From Camelus ferus (taxonomy: Eukaryota): 64,000 nt of DNA. The notes under the pieces were generated by a model. It was not told the origin of the DNA and ran no database searches. It saw only the letters and a program-made list of their open reading frames with translations. The stretch spans positions 43,712,001-43,776,000 of the forward strand of contig NC_045696.1 in NCBI RefSeq assembly GCF_009834535.1, written 5' to 3'. Shown piece after piece: positions 1 through 12,879 of this stretch (the first letter of the stretch is position 1; every line of letters begins with the position of its first letter). Made by a program: the position numbers and the translations under genes.

Positions 1-79
1 ATAATGTATAACATGCTGTGAAGGATAAGAAGATAATCAAGACACAGTCTTTCCTGTTCTAACTCTAGAGAAAGAATGC

Positions 80-255
80 CAGGTTTGAAATCCAGGTTTA
101 CATTTAAGTCTATACTACTTAACCTCTCCATACTTCAATTTTATCATTTATAAAATGTGAAGAATTATAGTACCTATGTTTTTCAGTGATGATATGGGTG
201 TGAAATCCTTAAAATAATTCCTGGGACAGTAAGCCATCAAAAAAATCAGCTATTT
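80..255 (+). mobile_element. MIR SINE, degraded
   Basis: Matches the recalled MIR core and 3' end: 'acttaacctctcc..tacttcaattttatcatttataaaatg..tagtaccta..cctgggacagtaagccatcaa..cagctatt'. Confidence 0.7.
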
Positions 256-559
256 TTAAGTACAATTGTACTAAGTGGAAAAGTTCTTCCAGGTTGACAG
301 ATTAGCAAAAGCAAAGTCCAGAAAAAAAAAAAAATACAGGATATGCTGAAAAAGGATAAATGGTTTAGTGAACCTGTACTAATGGGGACTGATTAGAATA
401 TAGTCAATTCTGATGAGAAATACCAGGTTATGGTCAAAATACTAAGAGATTTCATTGTCATGCTGATAAGTTCAGATATGGGAGTGTGTGTTAAACTGGG
501 AAGGCGAGGGAAGAGCATAATCAAAGGGTTGAATAGGACCTTCATTTGTATGAGTTTTA

Positions 560-981
560 TTTATTTTATTTTATTTTTTGAGAGTTATGTTTTATTTGGC
601 GGGAGGACAAGAGCTGGGATGACAGCCCCTCAGATTGCTCTGAGGGACTGCTCCAAAGAGGTAGGGGAGGAGCTAGGATATATAGGAGCTTTACAACAAA
701 GACCAGGTAGTTGGAACAATAAAAGATTACTTGTTATCTAAAGAAAACCAGGCATCTCAAGTTAAAGAATTTAGTGCTTTTCTATATATGGGAGGAAGCA
801 AACATTTGGGCTCATTGAATTCATTCCTCTGACAAGCATCTAGCTATCTAGGGCCAGTATCCTGTCCTTTCGTATTCTGAGTCTGCTCAGAGGGCACCAT
901 TGTGAGTGGCTGCAGAGGCTGGGGGATGGCAGCAACCACTGATGCCTTGGTTTCAGCATTCTTTGTTTACTGATAAACATG
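560..981 (-). mobile_element. ERV1-class LTR (U3-R only, cetartiodactyl MER41-like) retroposed with A-tail and TSD
   Basis: Minus strand begins TATCAGTAAACAAAGAATG at 975. TATA-like box at 678-684, AATAAA at 591-596, then an A-rich tail at 560-579. Identical flanks TGTATGAGTTTTA at 547-559 and 982-994. Family name from recall. Confidence 0.8.
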
Positions 982-2019
982 TGTATGAGTTTTAAAAAGT
1001 AACTCTCTTGGCAATGTGAAGTCTGAATTGAAGGGTAAAAAAATACACGATGGAGAACAATTTAGAGATTATTGCCACAAATCAGACAGGAGATGTTAAT
1101 GAGTGACCTAAAATAATGGAATTAAGATTAAAAAGAGTAGATAATGATTTTCATCAGAAAAATAAACAAAATGTTTTGTTTGTGAGAGTAGAGTGGGAGG
1201 GAGAGCAAGCAATCTGTATTGTTCACCTTATATTCATTTGTATTGATGACTACTATTTGCAATTCTGCTTTAATCAGAAATAGTTAACGGTAACTCTCAA
1301 GTTTTATAGATCAGCTCTTGCTATCAGAAAGTTTTTGTAAACCCTTGATTGTTTGGAGAAAAACAATTTTTTTCCCGTTTTTCACCCTTAGGAAAATATT
1401 CTTGAAAAATCACAACTGGTCTGTCTCTTCCATCTTAAGACACAAATGAGCCTTGCCCTCTTGGCTCATGGCTTGTTAGGGGTTATAAGGAAAAATTAAC
1501 AATGCTTTACCAGGTTATAGATGTAGTATGTAAAAATGCAACATTAAGGAGGGTACCCAGAAACTTATGAAATATAATTGATAATTCAGAATCCTGCATC
1601 AGCTCCAAAATGTTATACATGAAAGTTTACTTAATGACAGCTGCCTTCCTAACTAACTGGAGTTGGTTCTCTCAAGTCACTATTTTACATGAGAAACGAG
1701 TCTGTTTCAGGCATAGGAAATCTACTGTATACCATTATTAATTTCTATTAACCTAAAAGGGAAGAAATACGATCAAAGCAATTTTATGATAAATGAAGCC
1801 TAAAACACAAGCAAGCAAGACTGTTTCACTGTTCACCTGGTAACAATCAAGCTCACTAGGAAGTTTAATGTTACAAAGAATCAGCCATGGCTCATGAATA
1901 TTATTGGGTTTTTCTATGGCTACTAGACTTACTGATAAAATCTTTGAAAGAATTTCAAGTTAAAATCTGCAGCACTAAAGTGGAATGTCGTGGTCTCAAA
2001 TAAATCGTGGTATAAAAGT

Positions 2020-2760
2020 TCCTGTAAGTCAATAAGGAAAAGACCAATATTTCAACATGAAAAAGAAAAGAAGGTCATAAACATGAAAAATATTCATCTA
2101 TGCTTATAAAAATCATGAAAATACTAACTACAAGCAACAGGTTATTCTCCTATCACATAGGCAAAGAACAAAAAAATGTAATAAAATATTTTGTTAGGGA
2201 AAAGACACTCTCATGCACTACTTACAGAATAAAGGTTGACAGCAGGTTTTGTAGGGCAATTTGGTAATACTTTTCAAATTTTAAATGTACATAACTCTCT
2301 AGGGTATTTGTCCTAGAAGTACACTCCAAATAGGGCACCAGGATGTTTAGTGCATAACACCAAGTGCTTGGAAACAATTTACATGCCTATCATCTGAGGG
2401 ACTGTGAAATATATCATGGTACCTCATTCAATAGCATAATAAACAGACATTAAAAATAATGAGTTGATACTGTATACACTGATATGAAATAACTTCTAAA
2501 ATACATTGTTTAGTGAGAAAAACAAGGCATGGATTTCTATACATGTGTATAGAAAGCAAATACTGGTGTGAAAAATGAAAGGATAGCTTTATACGTTTGT
2601 ATTTAAATAGAATATTTCTGGGTGGATTAAAAAAATTAGTGAAAAAAAAGTATGTTTCAGATGGAGAATTGAATGTTGGTTGACAGAGAGCAGGGGCCTT
2701 AGTATTCATGATATAAACTTATGTCCATTTGAATTCTGTATTATGTGCCTGACTTACTCA
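2020..2760 (+). mobile_element. Old L1 (L1ME-like) ORF2 end and 3' region
   Basis: Degraded L1 motifs: 'agacactctcatgcact', 'gggcaatttggtaatac', 'ggtatttgtcctag', 'ttggaaacaatttacatgcc'. Confidence 0.65.
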
Positions 2761-4189
2761 AAATACATATTAAATCATAATGTTCATGAAAACTTAAAGG
2801 AATAATAAATGCTAACTTTCTGGATTCCTTGTAGATGGAAGTTTTTAATTGTCCTAATATTCTCAAGGGACAGTCTGTCTCTCTTTCAAAAGTGTAATAA
2901 TGATCATTTTCTGTTTTCTTCACACTCCGTGAATTTATACACCTATAACTCTTTTTGCATCTGAACAATCTGCTAAGCTTTATTTTTAAAATTTTTCTCA
3001 ACCACAGCACAGTCTCTGTCAGAAGATCCTCAATGAATATTTAAGAATGCAGAATAATAGACACAGGGATTCATCTTAGAATGCAAAGGAAAAGACTCCT
3101 GATTATTACTGAGTTCCCTTCATGGTGAAAAAGACAAATGACCCCCTCCCCCAACAACAACAACAACAAAAATAGTGAGAAGGACAGCACTGAGAATTAA
3201 TCAGGTCACAAGTCTAAGATATTCTAAGATTTATGGAAGAAGAGAGTTCTGTAACTTCAAGTAATTATTATAATATATATATCTATTTTTCTATCCATGT
3301 ATTTTCTTAGAATCCTTGTAGTTGCACAGAGAAATGGGGATCAGTAATGGGTAAACAGCAATTCAGTAAAAACTGACTGGCAGTATTATTTTATTTTGTA
3401 ACACCAATAATTTTGTAAATAAAATTGCTATAATGTGAAATTCAAAATATGCTTTTACAGGTGTGGATGGAACACTCAAAGTTGAGAATAATAATAAGTG
3501 ATAATGCTGTAGATTTGTTTAAACGTACGCTCCTGAAAAGCCACCAAGTAATTTATTTTAAATGTATACTTAAAAAAAAAAAAGATAAAGCCAGCAAATG
3601 GATTCACAACTTTCACTATGCACAGGTAAAATCATTAAATTTAAGTACAAATTTTCCCTGGACAATTCTATCTAAAGAATTTAGCAGCAGCCCATAGAGG
3701 CTTATACCAGTGCACCTGGAAAACATATGCTCTGCTTCCAGATTTTCCTATCATTCTTAATAAAACTTTGTTGCATATAATTCAGACTTCTAATCTGTCT
3801 TTGCAAAGACATGATTACTGCTGTGATTTCGGTAATGATGTCTCTTTTCAGGCTAGCCTAAATCAGAGCAGCTCAAATGCTTCCTGGATATTTGTTTGGT
3901 GGGGGTTTTGCTTATTTGTCTATGCCTTTAAAAAAATTATACCCATAGACATACATTTATTTTTCTGATATGTGTCTCGTCTTTTAAGTCTAAAGAAAAT
4001 ATAATTTCCCACCAAAACTTACTTGAGAATGTTAATTCTTTAAAGCTACAACCTGACATCTATAATTTCTATGAGAACCATTGAGTTTTAATCTCAGTGT
4101 GATAAATGCACTCAAAATTCTCTCCTGTCATAAATGAGAGGTTTTTATGTTTTGTTTATCTATTTTATATATAGCAGTGTGTATTCTAT

Positions 4190-6260
4190 TGTACTTTTGA
4201 AGAATATTGCACTGGGTACAGTTGACAGGGTTTTTGGTTTTGTTTTGGTTTTTGGGTTTTGGTTTGTTTGTTTTAACAATCAATGGTGTCACATCGTTTT
4301 CTTCTCGCTTGCACAGATTTTGTTAAGGAATCTATTTTAATTGTTATCTTTGTTTCTTTGTAGGTGATAAATGCTTTTCCATCCCAAATCTATCCATGGC
4401 TGCCTTCAATGTTTTTTTTTTTTAATTTTGGTTTTCAGCAATTTGAATATGATATGCCTTGTTTTTAAAAAAAAAATTTGTTTTATATCTTCTAATCTTT
4501 TTGTATCAGTAGTTCAGTGTGTTTTACTAATTTTGGAAATTTCTTGGCCATTATTTCTTCAAATATTTATTTTGCCTTGTTCTCTCTTCTCATTCTGAAA
4601 TTCCATTAAATATTGTCCCTTAACACTTGAATTCTCTATAATTTGAAAACTTTTTATTCTTTTTCGCATTTTAGTTTGGGTAATTTCCATTGACTTATCT
4701 TCAAGTTTACTGACTCTTTCTTTGGCTATATTGAGTCTACTGATGAGTGCTTTAAAGAAATTCTTCATTTATGTTACTGTGTTTGATTTCTAGGATTTCC
4801 ATGTTATTCTTTTTTATATTTTCCATCTATTTGCTGATAACATCTGTCTGACCTTGTATTGTGTCTGCCGTTCTCAATACACTCTTTAACATACTAATCA
4901 TAGCCATTTAAAATGCTCAGGTCGATAGTTTTCACATTTGTGTCATATCTAATTCTTGTTCTGATTATTATTTTTTTTTTTTGGATGATGATGATTTCTT
5001 TGTCTCACTGAATTCTCTCTCTCTCTCTTTCTCTCTTTCTTTTTCTTGTTCTTACTCTATGTCTCATAATAGTTTTGCTGAAACACAGAAATATTATATG
5101 GGATAGTAGATAGTATGGCAAACGTTATTTTTTATGTTTGGAAATAAGCAACCTTTCCTTCTGGTATGACTTCAGTGTAGGATTTTATTAACCCAGTCAT
5201 CAATAGAGCTGGCTTTGAAGTTTTGGTTAAAATGAAAATCAGATTTAAAGTATTTTGTTTCTGTGAGTACCAGATACTTCAGAACCCTCTAGGAATACAT
5301 TGTTTTTATTCCCTTACTTGAATTGGGTCTTTTCATTGTCCTGCTTGCCAAAGGAAGTCTACTTTTTGCTGCTATGCCAGTTGTATTATTCTGTTATTTT
5401 CACAAATGAGCAGTTACCAGTGGTGGCTTGGAAGGGTTTTCTCTGGTGTTCTGATTAAACCTCAGTCTTAAGCAGGAACTATGAACCTAGGTTTCATGCC
5501 CCTCCTTCAGAAACAGAGCTTCATTCTCCCCTTCACTCCATTAATTCACATAATGAGTATTTACCAAGTTTCTCAAGTTATGAAATGGATGCTCTTTAAA
5601 CTTTAGTTTAAGACTTTTATTGCTGAAGGGAGGTAGAAGAGAGGACTCAGGGTGAAGTTTCAGTGCAGAACCTCCACTCCCATCCTAGCCACAATGGGAT
5701 TCCTTTAGTGCCTCAGGGATTCCTTTAGTGGCCCCTCATACTTCTCTGCAGCGAAGATAACTAAGATAGCGCTAAGGAGATTTCAGGAGTGATTGCTGTT
5801 TCCCCTGCCCTAACAAGCACTATGAGGAAATCCGTATGTGGATTCTTACCAATTTTCTATGTAAGATACTTGTGGTATTCATAGAAGCAAAAACTACAAG
5901 AGGATGGGAATGCTCCTATGTCTGTGGTACCCACAGGCCTCACACTCTCAAGCTAGCTTACACTAGGCTTTTAGCAGTTGTTAAAAGCTAATTTTGTTAG
6001 TCTAGTTAAAAGCTAATTTTCCTATCACTTTATACAGCACACTGCAGCATCTACTTCAGTTACACAGCTTTTCTTTTGCTGTTTCTTCCTCAAGATACCT
6101 GTCTTTCTTCAAAATTTGTGTTAGTGTATCCTGTAATCTCCAACCACTGACTGGGTCAAGTAAGATTATTTTTATTTGTAGTTTGTTCAGATTTTTACCC
6201 TTGAAATAAAGATTGGAATAATGTTCTTTCCAGCTCCCTATATCTCTGAGCTGAAACTAA
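4190..6260 (-). mobile_element. Old L1M 5' UTR plus ORF1 remnant
   Basis: ORF 4559..4768(-) 'ALISRLNIAKERVSKLEDKSMEITQ' is typical of the L1 ORF1p coiled-coil region. L1M-type 5' terminus near 6260 (minus strand TAGTTTCAGCTCAGAGATATAGGGAGCTGG). Confidence 0.75.
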
Positions 6261-6649
6261 TACTTACAATTTCACTTTTGTATTCCAGAAAAGTTATGGT
6301 CATACAGACTAGAGTAAGGATCTTGGATCTAATTCATTTTATTTACGGAAATTTGAGTTTGTCAACTACTTTTCTAAGCATTTTTTATCTATAATATGAT
6401 GACAATATTGCCTACAGTAGAGAAAGTTTAAAGTATTTTATACTGTAACAATAAACACAGATGTCATCTGGGAATCTCTGCCTCTTGAGATTTGGTTTAA
6501 GTTACTCTAAACATCTAAATTTATGGAAACACAAACTCTTGCGAATAATTATGTAAGTTCTAAGAAGTCTCTCACTTGTTTTATCTCCCTCTCAGAAGTA
6601 TGCCTTTCCAGGTGTGAAAGTCAACCAAATTTCAAAAAAACTACTAAAT

Positions 6650-8400
6650 TAGAATTCCGATTTTAATATAAAGGAGCATGTTCCTGACAAATTGATCCTC
6701 CTGAAAATAACAGCTATAAACGCTGCACTAAGTGCAAAACACAACTGTAAGTGCTCTGGAGACTGAACAAAAGCAAGCAGACTTCTGAAGGAAGTCAAAA
6801 CATCAAGCAGGAGACAAAGACAAAGCAAATTCTCTGTTTTTGTTTTTGTTTGCTCTATTTCGAGCTTTAGAGCAGAAGGCAAGAAATGGCTAGAAATTTG
6901 ATGTAAATCCCAACCTCTTTATAGGTAAAGGAGTTAGGGTATGTAGACCAATAAACTGGGGCTACTGCTTAGGGAGAAACATCAGAAGAGAAACTGCCAG
7001 GAGAAGAGACCCTAGATCTCAGTAAAAAGAGAACTTCCTTGATCTGATAAGGGGCATCTGTACATATATGGTGCAAGTAAAACTTATCTGGTGTCTGTGC
7101 CATAAAAAATTTTAGTGATCTCAATCGCTGCCCACTACAGACTTGAGTATATTCAATTGAAGTTCAACCAAGCTAACTGCCTGCTAATGTGAACCATAAA
7201 CAATTCATGGATCAACATAAAAGAATCTAGTAGAAAATACATCATTGACAATGGCCAGAATGTAATCCAAAATTACTTAACAAACAAAAAAGCCAGAGAA
7301 ATATGAGCCATCCTAAAGTGAAAAGACAATAAAGGGATGCAAGCCTTGAAATAATACTGCTGCTGAACCTATTAAACTAGGAATTTTAAACAGCTATTTT
7401 ATTATGTAGTATTTATATAGTACTTGCATATTATATGATTACAATAATTCATGTTGACAATGAAGGCAAATATAAAATATATCCATGGGAAGTAAAAACC
7501 TATAAAAATAATCACATGAAAACTTCAGAAGTAAAAAAATATGTAACAGCTGAATTTTAAAAGAAATCACTGAATGTTTCTAATAGTGTTGCAGAACGTG
7601 AAATTAGCAACCAAAATTAGCAACTCTCATGTGCAAAAACAATAAACAGAGACAAAATGGTAGAGAACGCCAATTTACAAAATTAAGAAAAATGATTAAA
7701 TGCTTAGGTATACATTTAATGAAAAGGGCATATTTCCTATATGAGAAAAAATTAAAGCACATACGGCCAACTAATTTGATAAATTAGTTAAATAGACAAC
7801 TACCTTGAGAGACACAAATCATCTATATTCACTCAAGAAGCAACAGATAAGCTGAGCAATGCTAAGTTTATTAAATATATTAAATTCATCATTAAAAAAA
7901 CGGAATTAAAAATCTAGGTCAAAATGATCTCCTTGGCAAACTACTAAAATTTTAAGAAAAAATCCCAATTATATGCAAAATCCCTCAGAAATTAAAAAAG
8001 TATGAAAGAGGTTCTATTTCATTTTATGAGCCCAGCATTACTCTCATAAAAAACCAAAGACATTAGATAAGAAAACTACTGACAAGTAACCCTATTCATT
8101 GTACATGCAATAATCTTGTCAAAATTTTAGCAAATTTAATTCACAAATATATATCAAAGTACTAAGATATCATGATCAGTTGGGGTTTAATCACAAGATT
8201 ACAGCATTGTTGAACATTCAAAAGTCAAAGTAACTTACTATGGTAACAAAAATGTATGCTCATTTCAATAGATGCAGGAAAATCATGTGATAAAATTCAA
8301 TATTCATTGATATTAAAACAAAAAAACAGGAACTAGAAATAAAAGGAAGTCTCCTTGCTTTGATAAAGGGCATCTAAAAAAACCTATAACTAAGATCATA
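6650..8400 (+). mobile_element. Old L1M fragments (5' UTR, ORF1 and ORF2 pieces)
   Basis: ORF2 RT-region motifs 'ttttatgagcccagcattactctcata', 'catttcaatagatgcaggaaaatcatgtgataaaattcaa', 'tgataaagggcatcta'. A-rich plus strand. Confidence 0.7.
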
Positions 8401-8433
8401 TTTCTTTATTATCAAATCAAGACGTAATGGACT

Positions 8434-8598
8434 AAACTATTTGTTGAATCTAAGGCATCACTGATGATATCTTATTATATTTGTATACCACTACAAATTT
8501 TTGAAAAACATTGCTAATTATAATTGCCACACATTTATTGGAAGATATATCCCAGTTTCAGTGATGAAAAACACGTGCCTTAGAATCAAGGAAATAGA
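8434..8598 (-). mobile_element. MER104-like Tc1/mariner MITE
   Basis: Matches the recalled MER104 sequence ('gaatctaagg..taccacta..aattataattg..atcccagtttcag..cttagaatcaaggaaatag') with imperfect terminal inverted repeats. Confidence 0.7.
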
Positions 8599-8935
8599 TG
8601 TATATTAAAACTTGTTTTAACTTACTTTTTATGCAATAAAAATATAAAAATCATTCCAAATTTGTTATTTTTTTTTATTATCAGTATTTCTGTCCCAGTC
8701 AATAATACACTTGAGATCAGTTTTTAAAGTATTACTCACTAGGTCTCCAAAAATTTCTTTTTGAAGGAAACATCTATATTGTTATTTTCCTTTAATTAAC
8801 TCAAGGAAACTTTGCAATATGTAGAAGTTCTTAAACTCTCTGACCTGATATTAAAATGCTTGCAATGTATTTTAACCCACTGCTCCTACTTGGTCTATAC
8901 AGTTCCATTTCTAGAGAAATTAAGAACTATTTTGT

Positions 8936-9071
8936 GGGGAGGGTACAGCCTAGCGGTAGACTGCCTGCCTTGTATGCACAAGGTCCTAGGTTCAATCTCC
9001 AGCACTAAAAAAAGAATAAAAATAAAAACCTAATTACCTCGTCTCCCCCAAAATTAAAAAAATTAAAATAA

Positions 9072-9103
<32 letters not shown>
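8936..9103 (+). mobile_element. vic-1-type tRNA-derived SINE (camelid) with (CAA)n tail
   Basis: Starts GGGGAGGGTACAGCCTAGCGGTAGA (A box) and contains GGTTCAATCTCC (B box). A-rich/(CAA)n tail. TSD AAGAACTATTTTGT at 8922-8935 and AAGAACTGTTTTTT at 9104-9117. Confidence 0.85.
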
Positions 9104-9104
<1 letters not shown>

Positions 9105-9557
9105 AGAACTGTTTTTTAATAGTTGCTTTTCTGGGAGGCATTGTCCATTATAACAAAGTATGAAACAACCTAGAAGATTTAATTCCTGTACAGCTCCAAA
9201 CAGGCCGAGAGACAGAAATTTTAAACGACTTTCTAACTATAATCCAATAACCCTTGAGATTTTTTACTCTTATTCTAGACATATGCTTAAAGTTTCCAAC
9301 AGATCCCATAACCCTTCCCTTTTATCTCAGCTTGTCAATTCTCTTCTGAAATTAGTTTCTTTCCTATTAAATGAGGCCTAAAATGTCCATCCTCTCTATT
9401 TCCTTAGTTAAATTCTACTCATATTTTAGTATTTAGCCCAAAGATCATCCTTTCTGTGAAGCTTTTCCTATTTTTTCTTTATGCCACCAATTCATTATCC
9501 ATTCCCCATATTATAACATTCATCACACTGTATAACCATTATTGTTTCTAAGTCAAC

Positions 9558-10005
9558 TGTATTAGTTTCCAATCGCTGCTGTAAAAAAATTACCACAAAT
9601 TAGTGGCTTATAAGAACACAACTGCATTCTCTTACAATTCTGGGCATGAGAAGTCTAGAATGGGTCAACAGATTTGCATCCATTCTAGAACCTCCAGGAG
9701 AGAATCCACTCCCCTGACTTTGCCAGTTTTGGAGGCTGCGTACATTCCTTGACTCACAGCCATGCATAACCCTGACCTTTGCTTAGACTGTCTTAGCTCA
9801 TTCTCTGACTCTGATCCTTCTCCACCCCTCTTTTCTGGCCTTCGAGGTTACACCGGGTCCATGTGGATAACCAAGGATACTCCCCTTACTCAAGATCTTT
9901 AACTTAATCATATCTGCAAAGTCTCCCTTGCTATGGAAGGTTAGGTATTAATAGTTTCTGGGAATTAGGATGGACATCTTTGTGGGGCCATTATTCTGAC
10001 TAACA
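9558..10005 (-). mobile_element. MaLR solo LTR, MLT1D-like, inserted in an L2 remnant
   Basis: Termini 'tgtattagtttcc..gctgctgtaa..ttaccacaaa' and 'ggacatctttgtggggccattattctgactaaca', with internal 'ttaatcatatctgcaaagtc'. Confidence 0.85.
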
Positions 10006-12612
10006 TATTAACCTTCTCATTAAGCTTTGAAATTCAGAATGTGTAATGGACCCACCTGAGAGCCATGGAGAACCGAGAGAAGAGAAAGTGTCTGCCCTTT
10101 CTCGCCCAGGTTTCCTCAACCTGTTTCCACAGAGTATTCAGAAGACCTCCATCAATCAGAAATAAAGAGGTGGAAAATTTTTCCAGCCCTATATTTTCAA
10201 AATTATTTCCATAAACCAAGAAAGATAATACCTTCCTCCAAAAATCAATCTAGTATGCAAAATGCATACTCCCACTGTGCACATCAACTATTCTGCTCTT
10301 TGAAAATTATTTTTCTTCATGTCCTCTTTCTGACTTGCTACACTGCTCTCTAGCATACCATACTCAGTGTGGCAAGTGTGGCAGGATGGAATGGATATAA
10401 TATTTTTGTTTTGTATATTCTCTTACCTGGAGATATATTTGCTAAATTTAGTTATTACATGCATTGTGGGAGTTTGGAGGATAAGGATAATATGGAAGAT
10501 GTTTATGAGAATGTGAGGAGAAAAACAGATCTCATCACTGTTTCATTTGTTTTGAAACAAGCAAATAAGTGTTATTATAAGTGTTTCTGAAATGAATGAA
10601 TGAATGATGAATGATGAATAAATTAACTTCTAATTACCACAAAGGAATTTTATTTGGGAAACTTATAAAATGGTCCCATTATGTATATACAGAAATCATA
10701 TACAGAATGCAACTGTTGTAAAAAAAAAATCTAGACAAACTTGACTGAATGGTATGTTTCTGACATCTTTATCTTCACTATCTTTTTGTCTTAGATCTTG
10801 CTTCTCCTATTTGAATATATTTTATTTCCATGCCCCAATTCCTCCAAACTGAATATAATAAATATGGAGTAGCCTATGTTTAAGAACACACTAGGATATT
10901 AAAATATCCTTCCAGAATAAATCAAGAAAAAAAACGCCCTTTTTCATCCTCAAAGCAAAAGCATCAACTTTAGACCTTTTGGATTAAATTTATCTCTGTA
11001 TTCCTCACATTCAAGGTGGTTAACATACCTATAATTTATCATTTAGAGAATACTCAGGTTTACTTTTTATTCTCAATTGATTCTGAAAACATAATTGGGT
11101 CAATCTTGATTTTATTTATTAATGATTAGTAAATGTACATCCAGAGCTTCATGATTCTATTGTAATTCTCTACTAGATCATTTGATTCCTTCCCTACTAA
11201 TTCTTACATTATGGAAATTTTAACCAACATACTCAACTTAGGTGTTATTTACCCTATTGTGAAGTACTTGTGTGAAATATGTCATGTAAAAACTAAAGTA
11301 TAAAATGTGAAGAAATTCTACGTGTATGGATCAGCTGAAAGTTAACATGATATTTTATTTTTTGCTTCAAAGAAATGGTTTAAAAAAAACAACAAGTACA
11401 TTTCCATGAGGTATAACATAAATTGGAGTATCACTTAAAAATAACAATATACTCCTGGATCATCTGTTCAATGCTATGCATCTCTATAATTTAAATCAAT
11501 CAAAGAGAATCACAGTAACCTTTCCAATTAAGGTAGCACCCCTAAATCATTTTGTCAACATACGTTACTTAAAAATATTAAAAGTAAATACCTCTACTTC
11601 ACAAGGTAACTTTTTTACTTACAATTTAGAAGGATGTATGAAGCTATAATTTTGAAGAATTTCAAAGTGGTTCTACATTTTCAGCAAAGCATATATGGAG
11701 TAAATCCTGATTTAAAAAATTTAAATACAGATCTATTTTTAGAGGTTCCATTCAGTTGTTTTTTCCCCTATAACTCATAAAATTTATCAGTTCTAAATAA
11801 TGGAAAACCAAACAAATTAAGCATAATACTGAATTAGATAAATTAATAGCTAAACATAAAGAGACTTCAAATATCTATAAAATATCCAAAATCAATCTGA
11901 GTTTTACCATTGGAAACAAAGTGTAGATTAAATATTATAAAACAGATCTAGATCTGGAATACATTAATCTCACCTTGACTAAGAGGGACAAATGCTGCAC
12001 CCTGTTTGTTCTCCACCCTACTCTTTCTATCTAAATAAAGAACACATCCATTTTTCAGTGCAACATCTGAATGAGAAACTATTTTAAATATAGTTCTAAA
12101 CTCCACAAGACAGATCAAATACCTAGAAAACATAAACTTCTAGGATGGATTGAAAGAGCAAAGTTATTCACCCTTATAAAGAAAACAACCAAGAGTAAAA
12201 GTTAATAGGACACCAAAATGTAAAAAAATGTATTGCAATGACATCTGTGATAATGGACAGCTAGTTAGCAGTACACTGGTCTCAGGGAACAGACACTTCA
12301 GACATTAGTGCAGATTCATATGCCCAAGGTCTAAAACTACTATGCTATTAGATGGTTTAGGGTAAGTGCAAAATGCTTTTTTTGGAACAGTACATGAATA
12401 TGTAAATCACTTCTTGTGGCACCTTGAATATAATAAAGATTCAAAAAGACAATTCTTTTCCTCAAGTTCTGGATTAGAAAGCAGACCAAACTCCTAAAAT
12501 AGACTGCAAATATTCACGTTCAATAAACTTTACAACTTTGGCATTCTTTCCATAGTTTTAACTTCTTCTGTATCTTAGCTATGTGACTTCTGTGCAGTGA
12601 GTATTTTGGATC

Positions 12613-12651
12613 TACACACACATACACACATACACATACACACACACACAC
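12613..12651. repeat. Imperfect (CA)n microsatellite
   Basis: Direct inspection. Confidence 0.9.
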
Positions 12652-12879
12652 CTGTAGGTCTGTTCTAGGAAGTTAATATATCCATATGACCACATGTTAT
12701 ATAACTCACTTGGCCTGTGTACAGTTATTTCAAACTTTAAATTCTGGTTATGGAAGGAAAATTATATTGGACTAGCTCTCCCATGGTTAAAAAAAAATTT
12801 AAACTGGAAAAATATCAAATACTGGTTGGATTAAAAAGAGAAAAAAATAGTTGTTAACAATAAGAGATGGGTAGAAACC

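Noticed and set aside
430..741. 103-aa ORF
   Set aside because: Runs through the A-tail and the antisense LTR, so it is a chance ORF.
580..975. Interferon-inducible (STAT1) enhancer role, as known for some MER41-like LTRs
   Set aside because: No TTCNNNGAA motif was found in this copy on inspection.
8936..9006. tRNA gene (also 48963-49041)
   Set aside because: Degenerate stems, A-tails and TSDs show these are SINE heads, not tRNA genes.
11623..11706. Minus-strand exon-like segment
   Set aside because: Stops in all frames and only moderate splice sites.
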